From positions 361,460,001 through 361,524,000 of the forward strand of contig OZ024742.1 of the NCBI GenBank assembly GCA_964016885.1: a stretch of 64,000 bases of DNA, read 5' to 3'. The notes beneath the pieces are model-generated. The model made no database searches, was not told the origin of the DNA, and saw only the letters and a program-made list of their open reading frames with translations. A program made the position numbers and the translations under genes. The DNA comes from Eledone cirrhosa. Taxonomy: Eukaryota. Of this stretch, positions 15,801 through 29,859 are shown piece after piece (position 1 is the first letter of the stretch; each line of letters starts with the position of its first letter).

Positions 15801-18800
15801 CACCCAATATACACTGTAAAGTGATCATGTAAGTGTTACAACAAAAGGCACCCAATACACACTGTAAAGTGGTCATGTAACTGTTACAACAAAAGGCACC
15901 CAATACAAACTGTAAAGTGGTCATGTAGGTGTTACAACAAAAGGCACCCAATACAAACTGTAAAATGGTCATGTAAGTGTTACAACAAAAGGCACCCAAT
16001 ACACACTGTAAAGTGGTCATGTAAGTGTTACAACAAAAGGCACCCAATACACACTGTAAAGTGGTCATGTAGGTGTTACAACAAAAGGCACCCAATACAC
16101 ACTGTAAAGTGCTCATGTAAGTGTTACAACAAAAGGCACCCAATACACGCTGTAAAGTGGTCATGTAGGTGTTACAACAAAAGGCACCCAATACTCACTG
16201 TAAAGTGGTCATGTAGGTGCTACAACAAAAGGCACCCAATACACACTGTAAAGTGGTCATGTAACTGTTACAACAAAAGGCACCCAATACACACTGTAAA
16301 GTGGTCATGTAGGTGTTACAACAAAAGGCACCCAATACACACTGTAAAGTGGTCATGTAACTGTTACAACAAAAGGCACCCAATACACACTGTAAAGTGG
16401 TCATGTAAGTGTTACAACAAAAGGCACCCAATACACACTGTAAAGTGGTCATGTAGGTGTTACAACAAAAGGCACCCAATACACACTGTAAAATGGTCAT
16501 GTAACTGTTACAACAAAAAGCACCCAATACAAACTGTAAAGTGGTCATGTAAGTGATAGAACAAAAGGCACCCAATACACACTGTAAAGTGGTCATGTAA
16601 GTGTTACAACAAAAGGCACCAAATACACACTGTAAAGTGGTCATTTAACTGTTACAAACAAATGGCACCCAATACACACTGTAAAGTGGTCAGGTAACTG
16701 TTACAACAAAAGACACCAATACACACTGTAAAGTGGTCATTTAACTGTTACAACAAAAGGCACCCCAATACACACTGTAAAGGGTTCATGTAACTTGTTA
16801 CAACAAAAGGCACCAATACACACTGTAAAGTGGTCATGTAGGTGTTACAACAAAAGGCACCCAATACACACTGTAAAGTGGTCATGTAAGTGTTACAACA
16901 AAAGGCACCCAATACTCACTGTAAAGTGGTCATGTAGGTGCTACAACAAAAGGCACCCAATACACACTGTAAAGTGATCATGTAAGTGTTACAACAAAAG
17001 GCACCCAATACACACTGTAAAGTGGTCATGTAACTGTTACAACAAAAGGCACCCAATACAAATTGTAAAGTGGTCATGTAGGTGTTACAACAAAAGGCAC
17101 CCAATACAAACTGTAAAATGGTCATGTAAGTGTTACAACAAAAGGCACCCAATACACACTGTGAAGTGGTCATGTAAGTGTTACAACAAAAGGCACCCAA
17201 TTACACACTGTAAAGTGGTCAATCGTAGGTGTTACAACAAAAGGCACCCAATACACACTGTAAAGTGGTCATGTAAGTGTTACAACAAAAGCACCCAATA
17301 CACACGTGTAAAGTGGTCATGTAAGTGTTACAACAAAAGGCACCCAATACACACTGTAAAGTGCTCATGAAAGTGTTACAACAAAAGTCACCCAATACAC
17401 ACTGTAAAGTGGTCATGTAGGTGTTACATACAAAAGGCACCCAATACTCACTGTAAAGTGGTCATGTAGGTGCTACAACAAAAGGCACCCAATACACACT
17501 GTAAAGTGGTCATGTTAACTGTTACAACAAAAGGCACCCAATACACACTGTAAAAGTGGTCATGTAGGTGTTTACAACAAAAGGCACCCAATACACACTG
17601 TAAAGTGGTCATGTATGTTTTACAACAAAAGGCACCCAATACACACTGTAAAGTGGTCATGTAAGTGTTACAACAAAAGGTACCCGAATACACACTGTAA
17701 AGTGCTCATGTAAGTGTTACAACAAAAGGCACCCAATACACACTGTAAATTGGTCATGTAACTGTTACAAACAAAAGGCACCCAATACAAACTGTAAAGT
17801 GGTCATGTAAGTGATACAACAAAAGGCACCCAATACACACTGTAAAGTGGTCATGTAAGTGTTACAACAAAAGGCACCATATACACACTGTAATGTGTTC
17901 ATTTAACTGTTACAACAAAAGGCACCCAATACACACTGTAAATTGGTCAGGTAACTGTTACAAACAAAAGGCACCCAATTACACACTGTAAAGTGGTCAT
18001 GTAGGTGTTTACAACAAAAGGCACCCAATACACACTGTAAGTGGTCATGTAAGTGTTACAACAAAAGGCATCCAATACTCACTCTAAAGTGGTCATGTAG
18101 GTGCTACAACAAAAGGCACCCAATACACACTGTAAAGTGGTCATATAGGTGCTACAAACAAAAGGCACCCAATACACACAGTAAAGTGGTCATGTAACTG
18201 TTACAATAAAAGGCACCCAATACACACTGTAAAGTGGTCATGTAGGTGTTACAACAAAAGGCACCCAATACTCACTGTAAAGTGGTCTGTAGGTGCTACA
18301 ACAAAAGGCACCCAATACACACTGTAAAGTGGTCATGTAAGTGTTACAACATAAGGCACCCAATACACACTGTAAAGTGGTCATGTAGGTGCTACAACAA
18401 AAGAGGCACCCAATACACACTGTAAAGTGGTCATGTAACTGTTACAACAAAAGGCACCCAATACACACTGTAAAGTTGTCATGTAGGTGTTACAACAAAA
18501 AGGCACCCAATACACACTGTAAAGTGGTCATGTAATTGTTACAACAAAAAGGCACCCAATACAACACTGAGAAAGTGGTCATGTAAGTGTTACAACAAAA
18601 GGCACCCAATACACACTGTAAAGTGCTCATGTAAGTGTTACAACAAAAGGCACCCAATACACGCTGTAAAGTGGTCATGTAGGTGTTACAACAAAAGGCA
18701 CCCAATACTCACTGTAAAGTGGTCATGTAGGTGCTACAACAAAAGGCACCCAATACACACTGTAAAGTGGTCATGTAACTGTTACAACAAAAGGCACCCA

Positions 18801-21800
18801 ATACACACTGTAAAGTGGTCATGTAGGTGTTACAACAAAAGGCACCCCAATACACACTGTAAAGTGGTTCATGTCCCAATACACACTGTAAAGTGGTCAT
18901 GTAAGTGTTACAACAAAAGGCACCCAATACACACTGTAAAGTGGTCATGTAGGTGTTACAACAAAAGGCACCCAATACACACTGTAAAATGGTCATGTAA
19001 CTGTTACAACAAAAAGCACCCAATACAAACTGTAAAGTGGTCATGTAAGTGATAGAACAAAAGGCACCCAATACACACTGTAAAGTGGTCATGTAAGTGT
19101 TACAACAAAAGACACCAAATACACACTGTAAAGTGGTCATTTAACTGTTACAACAAAAGGCACCCAATACACACTGTAAAGGGTTCATGTAACTGTTACA
19201 ACAAAAGGCACCCAATACACACTGTAAAGTGGTCATGTAGGTGTTACAACAAAAGGCACCCAATACACACTGTAAAGTGGTCATGTAAGTGTTACAACAA
19301 AAGGCACCCAATACTCACTGTAAAGTGGTCATGTAGGTGCTACAACAAAAGGCACCCAATACACACTGTAAAGTGATCATGTAAGTGTTACAACAAAAGG
19401 CACCCAATACACACTGTAAAGTGGTCATGTAACTGTTACAACAAAAGGCACCCAATACAAACTGTAAAGTGGTCATGTAGGTGTTACAACAAAAGGCACC
19501 CAATACAAACTGTAAAATGGTCATGTAAGTGTTACAACAAAAGGCACCCAATACACACTGTAAAGTGGTCATGTAGGTGTTACAACAAAAGGCACCCAAT
19601 ACACACTGTAAAGTGCTCATGTAAGTGTTACAACAAAAGGCACCCAATACACGCTGTAAAGTGGTCATGTAGGTGTTACAACAAAAGGCACCCAATACTC
19701 ACTGTAAAGTGGTCATGTAGGTGCTACAACAAAAGGCACCCAATACACACTGTAAAGTGGTCATGTAACTGTTACAACAAAAGGCACCCAATACACACTG
19801 TAAAGTGGTCATGTAGGTGTTACAACAAAAGGCACCCAATACACACTGTAAAGTGGTCATGTAACTGTTACAACAAAAGGCACCCAATACACACTGTAAA
19901 GTGGTCATGTAAGTGTTACAACAAAAGGCACCCAATACACACTGTAAAGTGGTCATGTAGGTGTTACAACAAAAGGCACCCAATACACACTGTAAAATGG
20001 TCATGTAACTGTTACAACAAAAAGCACCCAATACAAACTGTAAAGTGGTCATGTAAGTGTTACAACAAAGGCACCCAATACTCACTGTAAAGTGGTCATG
20101 TAGGTGCTACAACAAAAGGCACCCAATACACACTGTAAAGTGGTCATGTAGGTGTTACAACAAAAGGCACCCAATACACACTGTAAAGTGGTCATGTAGG
20201 TGTTACAACAAAAGGCACCCAATACACACTGTAAAGTGGTCATGTAACTGTTACAACAAAAGGCACCCAATACACACTGTAAAGTGGTCATGTAACTGTT
20301 ACAACAAAAGGCACCCAATACACACTGTAAAGTGGTCATGTAAGTGTTACAACAAAAGGCACCCAATACACACTGTAAAGTGGTCATGTAGGTGTTACAA
20401 CAAAAGGCACCCAATACACACTGTAAAGTGGTCATGTAAGTGTTACAACAAAAGGCACCCAATACTCACTGTAAAGTGGTCATGTAGGTGCTACAACAAA
20501 AGGCACCCAATACACACTGTAAAGTGATCATGTAAGTGTTACAACAAAAGGCACCCAATACACACTGTAAAGTGGTCATGTAACTGTTACAACAAAAGGC
20601 ACCCAATACAAACTGTAAAGTGGTCATGTAGGTGTTACAACAAAAGGCACCCAATACAAACTGTAAAATGGTCATGTAAGTGTTACAACAAAAGGCACCC
20701 AATACACACTGTAAAGTGGTCATGTAGGTGTTACAACAAAAGGCACCCAATACACACTGTAAAGTGCTCATGTAAGTGTTACAACAAAAGGCACCCAATA
20801 CACGCTGTAAAGTGGTCATGTAGGTGTTACAACAAAAGGCACCCAATACTCACTGTAAAGTGGTCATGTAGGTTCTACAACAAAAGGCACCCAATACACA
20901 CTGTAAAGTGGTCATGTAACTGTTACAACAAAAGGCACCCAATACACACTGTAAAGTGGTCATGTAGGTGTTACAACAAAAGGCACCCAATACACACTGT
21001 AAAGTGGTCATGTAACTGTTACAACAAAAGGCACCCAATACACACTGTAAAGTGGTCATGTAAGTGTTACAACAAAAGGCACCCAATACACACTGTAAAG
21101 TGGTCATGTAGGTGTTACAACAAAAGGCACCCAATACACACTGTAAAATGGTCATGTAACTGTTACAACAAAAAGCACCCAATACAAACTGTAAAGTGGT
21201 CATGTAAGTGATAGAACAAAAGGCACCCAATACACACTGTAAAGTGGTCATGTAAGTGTTACAACAAAAGGCACCAAATACACACTGTAAAGTGGTCATT
21301 TAACTGTTACAACAAATGGCACCCAATACACACTGTAAAGTGGTCAGGTAACTGTTACAACAAAAGACACCAAATACACACTGTAAAGTGGTCATTTAAC
21401 TGTTACAACAAAAGGCACCCAATACACACTGTAAAGGGTTCATGTAACTGTTACAACAAAAGGCACCCAATACACACTGTAAAGTGGTCATGTAGGTGTT
21501 ACAACAAAAGGCACCCAATACACACTGTAAAGTGGTCATGTAAGTGTTACAACAAAAGGCACCCAATACTCACTGTAAAGTGGTCATGTAGGTGCTACAA
21601 CAAAAGTCACCCAATACACACTGTAAAGTGATCATGTAAGTGTTACAACAAAAGGCACCCAATACACACTGTAAAGTGGTCATGTAACTGTTACAACAAA
21701 AGGCACCCAATACAAATTGTAAAGTGGTCATGTAGGTGTTACAACAAAAGGCACCCAATACAAACTGTAAAATGGTCATGTAAGTGTTACAACAAAAGGC

Positions 21801-23250
21801 ACCCAATACACACTGTGAAGTGGTCATGTAAGTGTTACAACAAAAGGCACCCAATACACACTGTAAAGTGGTCATGTAGGTGTTACAACAAAAGGCACCC
21901 AATACACACTGTAAAGTGGTCATGTAAGTGTTACAACAAAAGGCACCCAATACACACTGTAAAGTGGTCATGTAAGTGTTACAACAAAAGGCACCCAATA
22001 CACACTGTAAAGTGCTCATGAAAGTGTTACAACAAAAGTCACCCAATACACACTGTAAAGTGGTCATGTAGGTGTTACAACAAAAGGCACCCAATACTCA
22101 CTGTAAAGTGGTCATGTAGGTGCTACAACAAAAGGCACCCAATACACACTGTAAAGTGGTCATGTAACTGTTACAACAAAAGGCACCCAATACACACTGT
22201 AAAGTGGTCATGTAGGTGTTACAACAAAAGGCACCCAATACACACTGTAAAGTGGTCATGTATGTTTTACAACAAAAGGCACCCAATACACACTGTAAAG
22301 TGGTCATGTAAGTGTTACAACAAAAGGTACCCAATACACACTGTAAAGTGCTCATGTAAGTGTTACAACAAAAGGTACCCAATACACACTGTAAAGTGCT
22401 CATGTAAGTGTTACAACAAAAGGCACCCAATACACACTGTAAATTGGTCAGGTAACTGTTACAACAAAAGGCACCCAATACACACTGTAAAGTGGTCATG
22501 TAGGTGTTACAACAAAAGGCACCCAATACACACTGTAAAGTGGTCATGTAAGTGTTACAACAAAAGGCATCCAATACTCACTCTAAAGTGGTCATGTAGG
22601 TGCTACAACAAAAGGCACCCAATACACACTGTAAAGTGGTCATATAGGTGCTACAACAAAAGGCACCCAATACACACAGTAAAGTGGTCATGTAACTGTT
22701 ACAATAAAAGGCACCCAATACACACTGTAAAGTGGTCATGTAGGTGTTACAACAAAAGGCACCCAATACTCACTGTAAAGTGGTCTGTAGGTGCTACAAC
22801 AAAAGGCACCCAATACACACTGTAAAGTGGTCATGTAAGTGTTACAACATAAGGCACCCAATACACACTGTAAAGTGGTCATGTAGGTGCTACAACAAAA
22901 GGCACCCAATACACACTGTAAAGTGGTCATGTAACTGTTACAACAAAAGGCACCCAATACACACTGTAAAGTTGTCATGTAGGTGTTACAACAAAAGGCA
23001 CCCAATACACACTGTAAAGTGGTCATGTAATTGTTACAACAAAAGGCACCCAATACACACTGGAAAGTGGTCATGTAAGTGTTACAACAAAAGGCACCCA
23101 ATACACACTGTAAAGTGCTCATGTAAGTGTTACAACAAAAGGCACCCAATACACGCTGTAAAGTGGTCATGTAGGTGTTACAACAAAAGGCACCCAATAC
23201 TCACTGTAAAGTGGTCATGTAGGTGCTACAACAAAAGGCACCCAATACAC
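6900..23250 (+). repeat. Near-identical tandem duplication of an ~8,157-bp (170-monomer) block; copies at ~6.9-15.0 kb and ~15.0-23.2 kb
   Basis: Identical ORF series occur at offsets 8157/8158 (6886/15043, 7606/15763, 8038/16195, 11157/19315, 12692/20850, 13412/21570, 13940/22098, 14578/22736). Private variants are shared (GGCATCC and GGAACCC at ~7070/7163 and ~15227/15320; GGTTCTAC at ~12714 and ~20872). 8157 = 170x48 - 3, matching three 47-bp monomers per copy. Breakpoints are known only to within a few hundred bp. Confidence 0.9.
16650..18880. other. Segment rich in 1-bp indels; probable low-quality consensus or single-read region
   Basis: More than 20 private single-base indels (e.g. 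GTTACAAACA 16651, CACCCCAATA 16761, AATCGTAGG 17221, TAAAAGTGG 17551, ACAACACTGAGAAAG 18561) plus a 20-bp deletion at ~18874. None is present in the paralogous copy at ~8490-10720. Confidence 0.75.
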
Positions 23251-26200
23251 ACTGTAAAGTGGTCATGTAACTGTTACAACAAAAGGCACCCAATACACAC
23301 TGTAAAGTGGTCATGTAGGTGTTACAACAAAAGGCACCCAATACACACTGTAAAGTGGTCATGTAACTGTTACAACAAAAGGCACCCAATACACACTGTA
23401 AAGTGGTCATGTAAGTGTTACAACAAAAGGCACCCAATACACACTGTAAAGTGGTCATGTAGGTGTTACAACAAAAGGCACCCAATACACACTGTAAAAT
23501 GGTCATGTAACTGTTACAACAAAAAGCACCCAATACAAACTGTAAAGTGGTCATGTAAGTGATAGAACAAAAGGCACCCAATACACACTGTAAAGTGGTC
23601 ATGTAAGTGTTACAACAAAAGGCACCAAATACACACTGTAAAGTGGTCATTTAACTGTTACAACAAATGGCACCCAATACACACTGTAAAGTGGTCAGGT
23701 AACTGTTACAACAAAAGACACCAAATACACACTGTAAAGTGGTCATTTAACTGTTACAACAAAAGGCACCCAATACACACTGTAAAGGGTTCATGTAACT
23801 GTTACAACAAAAGGCACCCAATACACACTGTAAAGTGGTCATGTAGGTGTTACAACAAAAGGCACCCAATACACACTGTAAAGTGGTCATGTAAGTGTTA
23901 CAACAAAAGGCACCCAATACTCACTGTAAAGTGGTCATGTAGGTGCTACAACAAAAGGCACCCAATACACACTGTAAAGTGATCATGTAAGTGTTACAAC
24001 AAAAGGCACCCAATACACACTGTAAAGTGGTCATGTAACTGTTACAACAAAAGGCACCCAATACAAACTGTAAAGTGGTCATGTAGGTGTTACAACAAAA
24101 GGCACCCAATACAAACTGTAAAATGGTCATGTAAGTGTTACAACAAAAGGCACCCAATACACACTGTAAAGTGGTCATGTAAGTGTTACAACAAAAGGCA
24201 CCCAATACACACTGTAAAGTGGTCATGTAGGTGTTACAACAAAAGGCACCCAATACACACTGTAAAGTGGTCATGTAAGTGTTACAACAAAAGGCACCCA
24301 ATACACACTGTAAAGTGGTCATGTAAGTGTTACAACAAAAGGCACCCAATACACACTGTAAAGTGCTCATGAAAGTGTTACAACAAAAGTCACCCAATAC
24401 ACACTGTAAAGTGGTCATGTAGGTGTTACAACAAAAGGCACCCAATACTCACTGTAAAGTGGTCATGTAGGTGCTACAACAAAAGGCACCCAATACACAC
24501 TGTAAAGTGGTCATGTAACTGTTACAACAAAAGGCACCCAATACACACTGTAAAGTGGTCATGTAGGTGTTACAACAAAAGGCACCCAATACACACTGTA
24601 AAGTGGTCATGTATGTGTTACAACAAAAGGCACCCAATACACACTGTAAAGTGGTCATGTAAGTGTTACAACAAAAGGTACCCAATACACATTGTAAAGT
24701 GGTCATGTAAGTGTTATAACAAAAGGCTCCCAATACACACTGTAAAGTGGTCGTGTAAGTGTTACAACAAAAGGCACCCAATACACACTGTAAAGTGGTC
24801 ATATAACTGTTACAACAAAAGGCACCTAATACAAACTGTAAAGAGGTCATGTAACTGTTACAACAAAAGGCTCCCAATACACACTGTAAAGTGGTCATGT
24901 ATGTGTTACAACAAAAGCCACCCAATACAAACTGTAAAGTGGACATGTAGGTGTTACAACAAAAGTCACCCAATACAATCTGTAAAATGGTCGTGTCAGT
25001 GACACCACAAAAGACACCCTTTACACACTGTAAAGTGGTCATGTAGGTGTTAGAACAAAAGGCACCCAATACACACTGTAAAGTGGTCATGTAGGTGTTA
25101 CAACAAAAGGCACCCAATACACACTGTAAAGTGGTCATGTAAGTGTTACAACAAAAGGCACCCAATACTCACTCTAAAGTGGTCATGTAGGTGCTACAAC
25201 AAAAGGCACCCAATACACACTGTAAAGTGGTCATGTAAGTGTTACAACAAAAGGCACCCAATACACACTGTAAAGTGGTCATGTAACTGTTACAACAAAA
25301 GGCACCCAATATAAACTGTAAAGTGGTCATGTAGGTGTTACAACAAAAGGCACCCAATACAAACTGTAAAATGGTCATGTAAGTGTTACAACAAAAGGCA
25401 CCCAATACACATTGTAAAGTGGTCATGTAAGTGTTACAACAAAAGGCACCCAATACACACTGTAAAGTGGTCATATAGGTGCTACAACAAAAGGCACCCA
25501 ATACACACAGTAAAGTGGTCATGTAACTGTTACAATAAAAGGCACCCAATACACACTGTAAAGTGGTCATGTAGGTGTTACAACAAAAGGCACCCAATAC
25601 TCACTGTAAAGTGGTCTGTAGGTGCTACAACAAAAGGCACCCAATACACACTGTAAAGTGGTCATGTAAGTGTTACAACATAAGGCACCCAATACACACT
25701 GTAAAGTGGTCATGTAGGTGCTACAACAAAAGGCACCCAATACACACTGTAAAGTGGTCATGTAACTGTTACAACAAAAGGCACCCAATACACACTGTAA
25801 AGTGGTCATGTAGGTGTTACAACAAAAGGCACCCAATACACACTGTAAAGTGGTCATGTAATTGTTACAACAAAAGGCACCCAATACACACTGTAAAGTG
25901 GTCATGTAAGTGTTACAACAAAAGGCACCCAATACACACTGTAAAGTGCTCATGTAAGTGTTACAACAAAAGGCACCCAATACACGCTGTAAAGTGGTCA
26001 TGTAGGTGTTACAACAAAAGGCACCCAATACTCACTGTAAAGTGGTCATGTAGGTGCTACAACAAAAGGCACCCAATACACACTGTAAAGTGGTCATGTA
26101 ACTGTTACAACAAAAGGCACCCAATACACACTGTAAAGTGGTCATGTAGGTGTTACAACAAAAGGCACCCAATACACACTGTAAAGTGGTCATGTAACTG

Positions 26201-29200
26201 TTACAACAAAAGGCACCCAATACACACTGTAAAGTGGTCATGTAAGTGTTACAACAAAAGGCACCCAATACACACTGTAAAGTGGTCATGTAGGTGTTAC
26301 AACAAAAGGCACCCAATACACACTGTAAAATGGTCATGTAACTGTTACAACAAAAAGCACCCAATACAAACTGTAAAGTGGTCATGTAAGTGATAGAACA
26401 AAAGGCACCCAATACACACTGTAAAGTGGTCATGTAAGTGTTACAACAAAAGGCACCAAATACACACTGTAAAGTGGTCATTTAACTGTTACAACAAATG
26501 GCACCCAATACACACTGTAAAGTGGTCAGGTAACTGTTACAACAAAAGACACCAAATACACACTGTAAAGTGGTCATTTAACTGTTACAACAAAAGGCAC
26601 CCAATACACACTGTAAAGGGTTCATGTAACTGTTACATCAAAAGGCACCCAATACACACTGTAAAGTGGTCATGTAGGTGTTACAACAAAAGGCACCCAA
26701 TACACACTGTAAAGTGGTCATGTAAGTGTTACAACAAAAGGCACCCAATACTCACTGTAAAGTGGTCATGTAGGTGCTACAACAAAAGGCACCCAATACA
26801 CACTGTAAAGTGATCATGTAAGTGTTACAACAAAAGGCACCCAATACACACTGTAAAGTGGTCATGTAACTGTTACAACAAAAGGCACCCAATACAAACT
26901 GTAAAGTGGTCATGTAGGTGTTACAACAAAAGGCACCCAATACAAACTGTAAAATGGTCATGTAAGTGTTACAACAAAAGGCACCCAATACACACTGTAA
27001 AGTGGTCATGTAAGTGTTACAACAAAAGGCACCCAATACACACTGTAAAGTGGTCATGTAGGTGTTACAACAAAAGGCACCCAATACACACTGTAAAGTG
27101 GTCATGTAAGTGTTACAACAAAAGGCACCCAATACACACTGTAAAGTGGTCATGTAAGTGTTACAACAAAAGGCACCCAATACACACTGTAAAGTGCTCA
27201 TGAAAGTGTTACAACAAAAGTCACCCAATACACACTGTAAAGTGGTCATGTAGGTGTTACAACAAAAGGCACCCAATACTCACTGTAAAGTGGTCATGTA
27301 GGTGCTACAACAAAAGGCACCCAATACACACTGTAAAGTGGTCATGTAACTGTTACAACAAAAGGCACCCAATACACACTGTAAAGTGGTCATGTAGGTG
27401 TTACAACAAAAGGCACCCAATACACACTGTAAAGTGGTCATGTATGTGTTACAACAAAAGGCACCCAATACACACTGTAAAGTGGTCATGTAAGTGTTAC
27501 AACAAAAGGTACCCAATACACACTGTAAAGTGCTCATGTAAGTGTTACAACAAAAGGCACCCAATACACACTGTAAATTGGTCATGTAACTGTTACAACA
27601 AAAGGCACCCAATACAAACTGTAAAGTGGTCATGTAAGTGATACAACAAAAGGCACCCAATCCACACTGTAAAGTGGTCATGTAAGTGTTACAACAAAAG
27701 GCACCATATACACACTGTAATGTGTTCATTTAACTGTTACAACAAAAGGCACCCAATACACACTGTAAATTGGTCAGGTAACTGTTACAACAAAAGGCAC
27801 CCAATACACACTGTAAAGTGGTCATGTAGGTGTTACAACAAAAGGCACCCAATACACACTGTAAAGTGGTCATGTAAGTGTTACAACAAAAGGCACCCAA
27901 TACACACTGTAAAGTGGTCATGTAGGTGTTACAACAAAAGGCACTCAATACTCACTGTAAAGTGGTCATGTAAGTGTTACAACAAAAGGCACCCAATACA
28001 CACTGTAAAGTGGTCATGTAGGTGTTACAACAAAAGGCACCCAATACACACTGTAAAGTGGTCCATGTAAGTGTTACAACAAAAAGCACCCAATACACAC
28101 TGTAAAGTGGTCATGTAGGTGTTACAACAAAAGGCACCCAATACACACTGTAAAGTGGTCATGTAAGTGTTACAACAAAAGGCACCCAATACACACTGTA
28201 AAGTGGTCATGTAGGTGTTACAACAAAAGGCACCCAATACACACTGTAAAGTGGTCATGTAAGTGTTACAACAAAAGGCACCCACTACACACTGTAAAGT
28301 GGTCATGTAACTGTTACAGCAAAAGGCACCCAATACACACTGTAAAGTGGTCCATGTAAGTGTTACAACAAAAGGCACCCAATACACACTGTAAAGTGGT
28401 CATGTAACTGTTACAACAAAAGGCACCCAATACACACTGTAAAGTGGTCATGTAGGTGTTACAACAAAAGGCACCCAATACACACTGTAAAGTGATCATG
28501 TAAGTGTTACAACAAAAGGCACCCAATACTCACTGTAAAGAGGTCATGTAGGTGCTACAACAAAAGGCACCCAATACACACTGTAAAGTGGTCATGTAAG
28601 TGTTACAACAAAAGGCACCCAATACACACTGTAAAGTGGTCATGTAACTGTTACAACAAAAGGCACCCAATACAAACTGTAAAGTGGTCATGTAGGTGTT
28701 ACAACAAAAGGCACCCAATACAAACTGTCAAATGGTCATGTAAGTGTTACAACAAAAGGCACCCAATACACACTGTAAAGTGGTCATGTAAGTGTTACAA
28801 CAAAAGGCACCCAATACACACTGTAAAGTGGTCATGTAGGTGCTACAACAAAAGGCACCCAATACACACAGTAAAGTGGTCATGTAACTGTTACAACAAA
28901 AGGCACCCAATACACACTGTAAAGTGGTCATGTAGGTGTTACAACAAAAGGCACCCAATACTCACTGTAAAGTGGTCATGTAGGTGCTACAACAAAAGGC
29001 ACCCAATACACACTGTAAAGTGGTCATGTAAGTGTTACAACAAAAGGCACCCAATACACACTGTAAAGTGGTCATGTAAGTGTTACAACAAAAGGCACCC
29101 AATACACACTGTAAAGTGGTCATGTAGGTGTTACAACAAAAGGCACCCAATACACACTGTAAAGTGGTCATGTAAGTGTTACAACAAAAGGCACCCAATA

Positions 29201-29859
29201 CACACTGTAAAGTGGTCATGTAAGTGTTACAACAAAAGGCACCCAATACAAACTGTAAAGTGGTCATGTAAGTGTTACAACAAAAGGCCCCCAATACACA
29301 CTGTAAAGTGGTATGTAGGTGTTACAACAAAAGGCACCCAATATACACTGTAAAGTGGTCATGTAAGTGTTACAACAAAAGGCACCCAATACAAACTGTA
29401 AAGTGGTCATGTAAGTGTTACAACAAAAGGCACCCAATACACACTGTAAAGTGGTCATGTAACTGCTACAACAAAAGGCACCCAATACACACTGTAAAGT
29501 GATCATGTAAGTGTTACAACAAAAGGCACCCAATACAAACTGTAAAGTGGTCATGTAGGTGTTACAACAAAAGGCACCCAATACACACTGTAAAGTGGTC
29601 ATGTAACTGTTACAACAAAAGCCACCCAATACACCCTGTAAAGTGGTCATGTAACCCTTACAACAAAAGGCACCCAATACAAACTGTAAAGTGGTCACGT
29701 AGGTGTTACAACAAAAAGCACCCAATACAAACTGTAAAGTGGTCATCTAGGTGCTACAACAAAAGGCACCCAATTCACACTGTAAAGTTTTTATGTAAAT
29801 GTCACAACAAAAGGCACCCAGTACACACTGTAAGTAGAGTATGTAGGTATCAAATGCCG

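Larger units (their letters stand above)
1..27950 (+). repeat. Left homogeneous domain with variable-length HORs (marker spacings of 53-94 monomers)
   Basis: A diagnostic 47-bp monomer (GTGGTCTGTAGG; GTGGTATG in the first copy), followed by an ACATAAGG monomer, occurs at ~1287, 3831, 6470, 10117, 14627, 18287, 22785 and 25616. ORF-track offsets of 2543, 2639, 3647, 4510 and 2831 equal 53, 55, 76, 94 and 59 monomers minus 1-2 nt. The marker blocks GTGATAGAAC, GTCATTTAAC/CAAATGGC/GTCAGGTAAC and AAAGGGTTCATG recur in the same order. Confidence 0.9.
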
